From positions 205,964,001 to 206,028,000 of the forward strand of contig CM126209.1 of NCBI GenBank assembly GCA_052327205.1: a stretch of DNA of 64,000 bases, in the 5' to 3' direction. This DNA is from Somniosus microcephalus (taxonomy: Eukaryota). The notes beneath the pieces are model-generated. The model saw only the letters and a program-made list of their open reading frames with translations. It was not told the origin of the DNA and did no database searches. The translations under genes and the position numbers were made by a program. Below, piece by piece: positions 38,813-50,166 of the stretch (position 1 is its first letter; each line of letters starts with the position of its first letter).

Positions 38813-39255
38813 TTCTTCTTCTTCTTATCGTGTCCACGGACAGTCTATACATAGCCCAGCCAGAACTGGACACATTTTTGCGCCTTGTTGTTGGATTCGG
38901 CAAGACCTGCAACAGTGCAGGGTTCCTCTAGCGATGGGCATTGCAGGAGATGTTGCATAGTCTGTGCCTCAGTTCCACATTCACAAGTTGTCGGGCTGGT
39001 TGAATATCCCCATTTGCTTAGTGACACCTTTGAGCAACCTACACCGGTCCTAAGCCTGTTAAGGTACTTCCAGATTGCCCAGTTGCAATTAGCTCCTGGG
39101 GGAAGGCTTTCATCAGGTAAAATTTCCATCGCTGGGGTTGTTCAAGACTGGCGAGCCGGTCTTTCCACAAGGCGATGCGGGCTTCAGATGAGGTTGATTG
39201 TAATGGAACAACACTGTTCATGAAGCTCTTCCTTGACTTTAGGCGGCTGGGTGTA
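38813..39255 (-). mobile_element. Vingi/Ingi-type LINE 3' fragment
   Basis: RLKSRKSF...WKYLNRLRTGVG...KWGY...CECG...QTMQHLLQC C-terminal CCHC, a very short 3' UTR and a (GAA)n tail. Confidence 0.7.
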
Positions 39256-39849
39256 GGTATATGACAATGCAGAGGGTGCCTCTCATCTGATGTTGACTGT
39301 GTGCCATATTAAATATGGCAAGTGAAAATGCTGCATGTTCACACACTGGTATAAGGTGGGTAATGTCCTGGGCATTTAGGGTGCACACATCTCTCTCATT
39401 TCTCTGCCCAACATATGCCTCTTTTATATCTACTTGCGAGAGAAGATTACATAATAGGAGACACCAAATGCAGATAGGAGGAGATTTTTCCAAGCTGCGA
39501 ACCTTGACTGGGGAGGGCTCTGAAGAACTTAGACACACAGGCAATAGAGGAAGTTGGGAAAGGGGAGGCTAGAAGCCTAGCTAAGGCTCATGGCTAATAC
39601 CATGCTTTTTCTCATAAGGGCGTCAACATAAGGGCAGATCGTTATTCAGTGCAGAAGGTATCAACATAGCTGTCTGGTATACCTCCTCCTCCACAACCTC
39701 CAAACATGAAGCATATGCCAGAGGAATACAAATATATATCACACAATATCAAATATCATGGGGTAAAAATACTGAAGTGCAGATTTAAGAAACTGATTAT
39801 GCAGAGGTAAGACCATTTATCCCTAAGCTGGAAAATCTCATGTCACTAG

Positions 39850-41290
39850 TGTCATGAATCTTATCATGACTCATGAAGTAACACTGGGCAGCCAGCTGGT
39901 GGCGCCGTCCAAGGAGTATAAATACTCGGGCATGGGCCCAGCTTGCTCAGGATGTTTCTGTAACCAGGAACTAGTGATGTAACTAGAAATCTCATGGTTT
40001 TGAAGCAGTTGATTAAAGCCTTGTTTTATACTCAAACCAAGTGCTCAGTAGTCTTTTTACATCAATTTAATCAACTGAACCTGCTCCACGCTCTGAGTGG
40101 TTTTGGAAACAGACGGCTACGACTCAAACCGTAGAAGGGAACTCAGACGAAGTAATCGATCCATCATGGAGAAACTACTCAGACCCGCTTGTCTCGACCT
40201 GGACCCGAATACACTTACAGCTGCTAAGGTATGGAAACACTGGTATCGTACCTTTAGCAACTTCCTTGAGGAATGTGGTGAGAATGTTCCTAATAAGTTA
40301 CGAATGCTTGCCAACTATGTATCCCCTCATGTGTTTGACTATATCAAAGACTGTGTAGACTATGACGCCGCTATCCAAATACTACAGCAACTATATGTTA
40401 AGTCCCCAAATGAAATTTTTGCTCGGCATCTACTGGCCACAACTTGACAACAACCCGGGGAATCACTTGATGAATTCCTTCAGAAACTTCGCAGGCTCAG
40501 CAAGGATTGTAATCTTAAAGCTGTCACAGCTGAGCAGTACCAGGAGGAGTTAATTCATGATTCCTTTATTAATGGGATTGCGTCTCCCTTCATACATCAG
40601 CGTCTGTTGGAGAATAAAACCCTCAAGTTACAGGCTGCCTATGACCAGGCATGCTCTCTAGACTTAGCAAAGAAGAATGCAGACACCTACCTTTCACCAC
40701 GTGCACAGGCTGCTGCTATCACTTTTAGTGACTCCTTCGACAGGCCTCGGGCGGAAGCCCTCACTGATGATGACTCCCACCTCATTGATGACAACCCTGG
40801 CCACCCGAAGCCAGGACACCGGTCAATCCCCGGCTACCAACCAAGATGACGCCAGCTCTGCACCTGTAGGGACCCACACCCAGAGTCACAATCTCCCCAG
40901 TCTTCCACAGGTCGATCAAGGCGACACGGGCCCCGTCGATCTACCAGTATGGACCAAGCGACCCAGGAACCAAGACACGGTTTGAGGAGACATGCCTTCC
41001 AGCCACAAGCGAAGATCTAAAAGACTGCGCCTATTCGTGGTCCGCCTAATCCACTAGAAGGAAGTAGTCGGACTTCCAAAACTTTCAGGCGGGAAGGATG
41101 TCATGAATCTTATCATGACTCATGAAGTAACACTGGGCGGCCAGCTGGTGTCGCCGTCCAAGGAGTATAAATACTCGGGCATGGGCCCAGCTTGCTCAGG
41201 ATGTTTCTGTAACCAGGAACAAGTGATGTAACTAGAAATCTCATGGTTTTGAAACAGTTGATTAAAGCCTTGTTTTATACTCAAACATCA
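39850..41290 (+). mobile_element. Internally deleted non-autonomous Gypsy-type LTR element (gag remnant only)
   Basis: LTRs at 39850-40064 and 41099-41290 (3' copy has a 23-bp deletion), TG...CA ends, TSD ACTAG. TATA at ~39917, PPT CAGGCGGGAAGGA, gag-like MEKLLRPACLDLDPN...KVWKHWYRTF from 40167. No TGG PBS. Confidence 0.88.
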
Positions 41291-43266
41291 ACTAGCAACC
41301 ATGCAGCTATGCAGCAAAGAACCATTATTGGCTAATTAAAAATGGAACTAGCAGGAGGGTATTGAAAATAGTTTAAGAAATTTCTGTAAATAATTCTTCT
41401 CTTGAAGAATTTGTTTCACTTAAGAACTGAATGTCTTGGATGCTTTTCAGGTGCTCCAGGTGCATCTTATCTAAATTTACATAAAAACCCAACCTTTGAG
41501 ATTTTTGCTTAGTACGTGCTTCCAGGTGGCATTAATGAGAGCAATGTACATCCGGTATAGATTGGGCCTCAAGCCTGTGCACCAAATGTGGTGTCTAATG
41601 CACAGCAATGCTAGAGGCACCACAGATTGCATTACTGGCCACAGAATTTCAATGGACCAAGTCACTTCTCATTCATTCCCACTGCGCAGAATATCAATAG
41701 GCAAAACCTCATCCAAATGATTTCCATCATATAGAATCCCAATGAATCAAATCCCTTTCCAACTCATACTAGTTTACACAATTCCAACGGACCAAATCTA
41801 CTCCTGTATTCTCACATTGTACATAGACCCATGGAAGTTTACAGCACAGAAGAATGCCATTGCACCCATCGTGTCAGTGCTCTATGCTAGAGCAATCCAA
41901 AACTAATCACACTGCTCCATTCTCTCCTCATAGCCCTGCATCTTCCTCTGTCAAATCACAGTGTGACCACAACCCCTTCCCACGTGGTCCCATTGTACAC
42001 AGAATCATGTTGGAACCATAATCTATTTTATTAATTCCCATTGTACAGAATTACACGGGAGTATAACCCATCCAGTACCATTGTACTGATGTCCTTGTTC
42101 AGTCAGAACAATTGAATACATCATTTTAATTGAAGTACACGATAACCCCCAGTTGTTCACAGGCTAGAGCCTTTGCATGGTGATTATTTTAGTCCGTGAC
42201 CTAATCTTTCCTGAACACAGCTGCACATATTTAGACTCTAAGGTTTCATAATACTATTAATTTTTGTTAAATTTATTATCACCCAAAAATGTTTTGTGTT
42301 GTCTTTGATTCATTTGCAGCATGAATGATCAAGGGAACTGAGACAGAAACATTATAAATTGGTCATTTGCAGTTGAGGGAAATCCTAATTGAGGCACAGA
42401 ATTCTGTGACAATTGAGCTATGAGGTATGTGTTTAGCATCATTCAGCTGTGTTTAGAATTACATTCCCTATAAGATACTAACATGACACACAACTACATG
42501 TTTATGTGTCCCACCACAGGAAACTTGCACTTGCACTCACCATCCCTCAGAAAATCTGTTTGAATTCATTCTGGGAAGAATCCAGCAGGCACTTCCCACA
42601 ATAATAACAGGCTCTGACATTTGCCGTACAAAGGGCATATGTAAGGGAAACAGATGATCATTTTGAACTTGGTTTTTCCGCTTCAAAAATATGGTGATTG
42701 GAAAGGTTAAGATTTATCTTTGGTATTAAAACACCTGAATGCAGCTAATGAACCTCTCCTTTGATGTTACTAAAACTAAAATTTACAATCCCTCATTTTC
42801 TAGCTCTGGGAATGATTATGAGATTACATGTGAAGCTGAATATTGTAAACATGAATCTAAACACATTCAAACAGGAGGAGGATAACTCTATTCGGCCAAT
42901 GGCTTTGGAGTCCAAGAGTAAACCTCAAGTCTGCAGCCTTTCAAATAAAGAAACAACATTTTATCATTGGGCAGAAACAGACTTGGCAAAACACTAATGT
43001 TGCATCACAAAAAGGATTGAATATTTATTGAGAAATCGTTCTCTATCAACATTAGAGTTTTGCAAAGTTTGTTTTTGTCTCAGTATAGCTTGGGTATAAT
43101 TATCAAATCAAGATTCTAGATTATAATTGGAGGAATTTTGGTATCTTTATTGATTTGACCTCACCATTTCTGCAGATAAAGTGCAGTTTGTCAATGAATA
43201 TCCAAATTTATCTGTATGTACGTCCAATGATTTAGTCATTGTATAGTTTTCAGATGTTGGTTAACC

Positions 43267-43756
43267 TTTTTCTTTTTAGGCAGTCACTCGGAACCGAGGA
43301 TGACTTGCTTCCACACTAAAAATGAGTTCTCAGGTGACTGATGAGTCCAATGCGGGACCTACAGTCTCTGTCACAGGTGGGGCAGACGGTGGTTGAAGGG
43401 GCGGGTGGGTGGGGTGCTTGGGCTGATGTGTGCTTCTTCCGCTGTTTGCGCTTGGCTTCCGCTTGCTCCCGGCGAAGAGAGTCAAGGTGTTCGGCGCCTT
43501 CCCGGATGCTTCTCCTCCACTTTGTGCGGTCTTGGGCCAGGGATTCCCAGGTGTCGGTGGGGATGTTGCACTTTTTCATGGAGGCTTTGAGGGTGTCCTT
43601 GAAGCGGTTCCTCTGCCGACCTGGGGCTCTCTTGCCATGTTAGATCTCCGAGTAGAGCGCTTGTTGTGGGAGTCTCGTCTCAGGCATGCGGACAATGTGG
43701 CCCATCCATCGGAGCTGATCGAGCGTGGTCAAAGCTTCGATGCTGGAGACTATAGA
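43267..43756 (-). mobile_element. RTE-clade LINE 3' fragment
   Basis: QLRWMGHIVRMPETRLP...WESLAQDRTKWR...CPTCDRDCRSRIGLISHLRTH, with an 11-bp TSD GTTGGTTAACC (43256-43266, 43757-43767). Confidence 0.9.
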
Positions 43757-43934
43757 GTTGGTTAACCATTCTATAGAGGATAGTATGATCAGCAAAATGT
43801 ACACGATCACATCCATTAATTGATTAATAAGGCAGGATACCACACTCTATCAAAAAATACTGCTCTGATTACGTGTTAAGTATCAAGAGAATCACCATTT
43901 CTGGACTACAAAATTGTGACCATCAAAAATCGAC

Positions 43935-44108
43935 GGGAGTAATTCTAACTTTCAGCCATGATGTAAAATCATGATCACGCTTTATACACCCCGCTTGATG
44001 GTCCATTACTTTGAAGTCAATGGAAAGGAAAATCAGGTGGGGCGTATAATGGGTGGCCAATCTGATATCACCTGTTTAACACCATCGCCGAAAGTTAAAA
44101 TGACCTCC
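43935..44108. mobile_element. Small palindromic MITE
   Basis: Imperfect TIRs GGGAGTAATTCTAACTTTC / GAAAGTTAAAATGACCTCC, with a central CCATT...AATGG palindrome. Confidence 0.6.
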
Positions 44109-44481
44109 ATCATGTTTGCACTGAAGCCAGTCTGGTAACTAGACAAGAGGTAGCACTTGAATTGGGCAACAGCTTTACATTTACTATGGCTTCTATGAGC
44201 TTTAGTACAAACAGCAGTAGGAATACAGGTTGGTATCTATTGGAGTATTAGTTTGATTCCTTTTGTGGACAGAAATAGTGTTCATATTCTTTCAATCAGA
44301 TGGAAAAATATCAGTTGACTACGACATATATGTCCTTTATTTCTTGTATTCTCCTCCAGCTGAAATGACAGGCATTATAGATTTCTCCATTCAATGCTAC
44401 AGAGATTTGTGCCATAATAATCTGTATGTTTGAGTTGTTTCTATTTAGTCTTTTATAATATGTTGCAATTTTACCGATATA

Positions 44482-46813
44482 ACTAGGGCTGTAGAGAAGG
44501 CTTTAAACTAAATAGTGGAGTGGGGGGGGGCGGAGATCCAGATGAGCGGGAATTTAAGAAGTCAATGAGAAATGAGAAAACAACAGAGCAGGATAAAGAT
44601 GGGGAAAATAATAACCAGAGTGTGACACGAAGGGACAGAATGTTTAAAAATAAGAGTGCAACAGAAAATGGGGCCAAAACAAGGAGAAATGGTAAAAAGA
44701 CAAAGTTAAAAGCTCTACATCTGAATGCACGCAGCCATCGTAACAAGATAGATGAGTTGACGGCACAAATAGATACAAATGGGTATGATCTGATTGCCAT
44801 TACAGAGACATGGTTGCAAGGTGATCAGGGCTGGGAACTGAATATTCCAGGGTATCTGACAATTTGGAAGGATGGACAGAAAGGAAAGGGAGGTGGGATG
44901 GCTTTGTTGGTAAAGGATGGGATCAGTGCAGTGGTGAGAAGTGATATTGGATCAGAAGATCAAGATGTAGAATCCGTTTGGGTGGAGATAAAAAATAATA
45001 AAGTGAAAAAGTTTCTGGTGGGTATAGTCTACAGGCCCCCGAATAGTAGCAATACTGTTGGACAGAGTATAAATCAACAAAGAATGGAGGCCTGTAAAAA
45101 AGGTACGGTAATAATTGTGGGTGATTTTAATCTACATATTGATTGGACAAATCAAATTGGTCATGGTAGTCTTGAGGAGGAGTTCATAGAGTGCATCCGG
45201 GATGGTTTCCTAGAACAGTATATAATGGAACCAACCAGGGAGCAGGCTATCTTGGATCTGGTACTGTGTAATGAGACAGAATTAATAAATGATCTCATAG
45301 TAAAGGATCCTCTAGGAAAGAGTGATCATAGCATGGTTGAATTTCAAATTCAGTTGGAGGGTGAGAAAGTTGTATCTCAAACCAGTATCCTGATCTTAAA
45401 CAAAGGCAAGTACAATGAAATGAGGGCAGAACTGGCTAAAGTGGACTGGAAACATAAATTAAAGGGTAAGACAGTTGAGGAGATATTTCATAACTCTCAA
45501 CAAAAATATATTACAGTGAGAAAGAAAGATTTTAAGAGCACCATCCATGGCTAACTAAGGAAGTAAAGGATGGTATCAAATTAAGAATGAAGGCATACAA
45601 TGTTGTCAAGATTGGTGGGTGACCAAAGGATTGGAAAAAAAATTTAAAACAGCAAAGGATGACTAAAAAAATAAAAAAGAGAGAGAAGATGAATTATGAG
45701 AGAAAACTGACAAGAAACATTAAAACAGATAGAGCTTCTACAGGTATATAAAAAGGAAGAGAATAGCTAAAGTAAATGTTGGTCCCTTCGAGGATGAGAC
45801 TGGGGAATTAATAATGGAGAACGGGGAAATGGCAGAGACTCTGAACAAATATTTTGTATCTGTCTTCAGAGTAGAAGACACTAACAACATCCCAAAAATG
45901 GATAATCAAGGGGCCACAGGGAGGGGGGAACTAAAGACAATCATTATCACTAAGGAAATAGTACTTGGTAAAATAATGGGACTAAAAGACGACAAGTCCC
46001 CTGGACCAGATGGCCTGCACCCCAGGGTCTTAAAAGAAGTGGCTGCAGAGATAGTGGATGCATTGGTTGCAATATACCAAAATTCCCTGGACTCTGGAGA
46101 GGTCCCAGCGGATTGGAAAACCACAAATGTAACACACCTATTTTAAGAAAGGAGGGAGACAGAAAGCAGGAAACTATAGACCAGTTAGCCTAACATCTGT
46201 CATTGGGAAAATGCTGGGGTCCTTCATTAAGGAAGCAGTAGCAGGGCATTTGGAAAATCATAATGCAGTCAGGCAGAGTCAGCATGGTTTTATGAAAGGG
46301 AAATCATGTTTAACAAATTTGCTGGTGTTCTTTGAGGATGTAACGAATAGGGTGGACAAAGGTGAACCAGTATATGTGGTGTATTTGGATTTCCAGAAGG
46401 CATTTGATAAGGTGCCACATAAAAGGTTACTGCATAAGATAAGAGCTCATGGAATTGGGGGTAATATATTAGCATGGATAGAGAATTGGCTATTGAACAG
46501 AAAATAGAGAGTCAGGATAAATGGGTCATTTTCCAGTTGGCAAATGGTAACTAGTGGGGTGCCACAGGGATCGGTGCTGGGGCCTCAACTATTTACAATC
46601 TACATTAATAACTTGGATGAAGTGACTGAGTGTAATGTAGCCAAGTTTGTGGAAGATACAAAGATGGGTGGGAAAGCAAGTTGTGTAGAGGACTCAAAGA
46701 ATCTGCAAAGGGATATAGACAGGCTAAGTGAATGGGCAAACATTTGGCAGATGGAGTATAATGTGGGAAAGTGCGAGATTATCCACTTTTGCAGGAAAAA
46801 TAAAAAAGTAAAT
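44482..46813 (+). mobile_element. CR1 LINE copy D: ORF1 end plus decayed ORF2, 3' part missing
   Basis: APE ORF 44520-45554 and RT fragments to 46810. It ends abruptly at the LTR starting 46814 and does not resume after 48580. Confidence 0.92.
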
Positions 46814-48580
46814 TGTAGGAACGGAGGTTCCTATCAAAAGACTGAGTTCAACTCAGATAATTAAATTAATGAACTTTAATGATAACAAACGAGTTTAAAC
46901 TGGAAACTGCTAGGACACATCAATAACAGGTATATTCTCTCTGAGGACTCCACGAGGACTGATCCCCTGATCAGGAGAGTGACGTCATGACGTCATCACG
47001 TTCTTCCCGCCATTGGGGTATCACGTGACTAACGGCATGATGTCATCATGTGCTTTAAAGGTAACTGGCATTGTACAGTCAAACAGTGTAATTAAAGGTA
47101 CAGGCACAGACAGTAACTACATTGCTGTTAAAGGAATTATGTACAACCGCTCTGAGTCCTTTGGTGGCTCCGCCACATGCGCCCCCCCAGAATTGTCTTT
47201 AACAGAAAAGGTTAGGCGAGGAGGAGGCCTGATGAGCCTGTCCGATCGACTTCGATACCATACAAAGCGTTGGCCACTGAAGCAGACCTGGACCCGCCGT
47301 GTCCCACAAGTATGAATCGCACCCCCATTGGCAGCTTGGAGGGGAGAACCGCGCCTGCCGGACAGAAGGTCGAGGACTGACGCAGGAAGGATGCTGCACT
47401 GTGCCCCTGTGTCGCACAAAAAACGATGGCCCGAGATGGAGTCGGTTAAATAAAGTAGTTTTCCAGAATCGCCGATCGCCATCGTGGCTGCAGGGCACGC
47501 CCCGGAGTCGGTGTTCTTGATGCGCAGTTGCTTGTTCGGTGTTCTGGGCACGAAACTGCAAGGCGGACGGCAGCTTCTGGCCTTCACGCCAAACCGAGTG
47601 TGGTAATAACAGAAACCGGTTGTTGGAGGCGTCGAGGCAGGGCCCTTTGGGGCGGGGCGTCTCGTGACGGCGCAGTTTGTTGTCGGACCGCGTATATTTT
47701 ATCCGCCTCTTCGACGCGCGCTATGCAATCCCTGGCGTCCGATCTGGTGAGGGCCACCTGCACCTGCTCGGGCAGTTGACTGAGGAACAGTTCGCGGAAC
47801 AGGAAACATTGCGGTTCAGACCCCAGGAGTGTGAGCATCTGGCTCATCAACTCCGAAGGTTTGGAGTCTCCTAATCCGGGCAGCGTGAGTAGGTGGTGTG
47901 CGCGCTCTGCCTTCGTAAGGCCGAATTCCTGCACTAGCCGTGCCTTAATGGCGACATACTTGTCGGTGGCTGGGGGGTTCTCCAGTAGGCTGATGATCCT
48001 CGACGCCGTCGAGCTGTCGAGTGCGGAGACCACGTAAAGATAACAGGTCTGATCCTGCACGACATTGCGGAGCTCGAACTGCGCCTCCGCTTGTACGAAT
48101 CAGGAGGCCGCCTGTTGCTCCCAAAATTGGGGGAGCTTCAAAGCCACTGTGTTGGCTTCCATCAGGGCCCTGCGTACCGTTTCCGCTGCGAAGAACGTCC
48201 GCGAGGATTCGGGGTCATCAATGTAGGAGTGCTTGAACTCCTAACGAAAGTACTGAGACTGAAACTAGCAGTTAACCAAACGTGGTTTAATGCACTAGTA
48301 AAAGTTACAAACAAAAGCGCAGGAGAAACTCTATACAGGTCTGTACACCAACTGGTTCCACGAGGACAGAGGGGGAACACCTCTCCCCTCTGACGTCATG
48401 ACATCATCACGTTTCCCACCGTTGGGAACATCATGTGACCTGCGTGATGACGTCATCGCGCTGGATCGCCATTTTACCGAACCCGTGCTGTTAATACAGA
48501 GCAAACACTTAAAGGTAACAAGCCCCTGTTAAAGGCAATTATATACATTACTGCAAGAGTCTCTTGGTGGCTTTGCCACA
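46814..48580 (-). mobile_element. Non-autonomous CsRN1-type Gypsy (gag + protease only) with two dissimilar LTRs
   Basis: LTR-like blocks TGTAGGA...GCCACA at 46814-47177 and 48222-48580, a degenerate tRNA-Trp PBS (TGATGACCCCGA, 48220-48209), and a PPT at 47178-47190. gag starts at 48162, protease motif FLCDTGA is present, then the sequence jumps to the integrase tail (YRSRSDRLIRPPPRL). No TSD. Confidence 0.85.
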
Positions 48581-48688
48581 GTGTGAAATTTGTCCGTTTT
48601 AATAAAAATTAAATTTTTTAAGGAACTTTTCAAAAAATGTTTTTTTTTAAGTTTGCCTATCTTTATTTCAGGTTTGCGTTTTCCCCAT

Positions 48689-48790
48689 GACTAATGATCC
48701 AGAGATGTGAGTTCAAACCCCACCACGGCAGCTGGAGAATTTAAATTCAGTTAATTAAATAAATCTGGAATAAAAAGCTAGTATCAGTAA
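48689..48790 (+). mobile_element. 5' part of a SINE-like tRNA-derived head belonging to the LINE that resumes at 61541
   Basis: B-box GAGTTCAAACC at 48709-48719. It joins 61541 across the Gypsy TSD AGTAA. Confidence 0.7.
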
Positions 48791-50166
48791 TGTTGTGTAT
48801 GTACCTTTAAGAGAATAACTGGTCTCAGACTGCAGTACCGGCAGTGACCACCCCTGTATAAAAGGCGCTAGTAAGCCTCTGTAGTTTCAGTTTCCCGATT
48901 GACTCCTTTCAGTAAAGACTTGTTTTGTTCAACTCCTGCTGTCCGTGTCTCAATCATACATGGACATAATACTGGCGACGAGCAGATACGAACTTACCTA
49001 CAGTCTGCACCACCTCCTGGGATCCATTCCTGAAGCGAAGTGAGCAGAGGTCGAGGCCAGAAGGAAGAAAGAAGCAGTAGAAATGGGCATCGACCGTGGG
49101 CATCCACCCCTGTGTTAGCGGAGTTGAAGATTGCTGGAGAAGCTGTCGAAAGCGGGGCCTGGTACCTGTCGACGTTGCTTCAGCTAATCGGGCTGGTGGC
49201 AGGTAGCACACTGATCCTTCCTGGGCTGCGGCGGTCGCGAACTCGAGCGGGTTGCTTGCAACGGGGCCGAGCAGCATTGTCGGGAAGAGGAGAGAGAGAG
49301 GGTGGAGCACACAGGGCGCGGCCGGTGCTACGAAGCCGGGCTGCGTATAGACCCGAGAAGAGGGAGGCAAGAGTCCCACAGGGTTGTTCCACGACAGAAA
49401 ATTAATTAAAAAAAGAAATATTAAACGCGCAGGAAACTGCAAGGAGCTGCAGGTTGCAACGGAAACCGCGGAAAGCAGCGCTAGCAACAGCGGGGAAGAA
49501 GGCAAAGCGTGGGAGGCGCCATCTTAATCAGCGGGGAAGAAGGAAAAGCGTGGGAGGTGCCATTTAGTTAAATCGGGGAAGAAGGCAAAGCGCGGGAGGC
49601 GTCATTTTGATTTTCAAGATGCCGAAGACTGGCTGTATCACTGCCTTTGATAATACAATAGAGGACTGGACCACGTATGTGGAAAGTGTCGAGGTATATT
49701 GCGAGGCAAACGAAATAGCCGATGAGAAAAAGGCATCGGTATTGCTAAACTTAATGGGTGCTAGAACGTACGGCCTGTTGCGGGACCTGATTACTCCAGC
49801 CAAACCGAAGGCGAAGAGTTTTAACAAAATTGTTGCTGTCCTACAGGAACACCTAAACCCTGCACTGCTGTTGATAGCAGAAAGATTTAAATTCCACAGG
49901 AGAACTCAGCATAAAGATGAGAGCAATGCTGAGTACCTTACGGAACTACGCAAGCTATCAAAGTACTGCCAGTTCGGAGCAGGACTGACAGATACCCTAC
50001 GGGACAAATTTGTCTGTGGACTCCTGAGTGAAGGAACACAGAAACATAGAAACATAGAAACATAGAGATAGGAACAGGAGTAGGCCATTCGGCCCTTCGA
50101 GCCCGCTCCGCCATTCAATGAGATCATGGCTGATCTTCGTCTGAGATCATAGCTGATCTTACCAGT

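Noticed and set aside
42320-42424. Exon-like segment (TTTGCAG|...GAG|GTATGT)
   Set aside because: Stops in all three frames, so there is no support as a coding exon.
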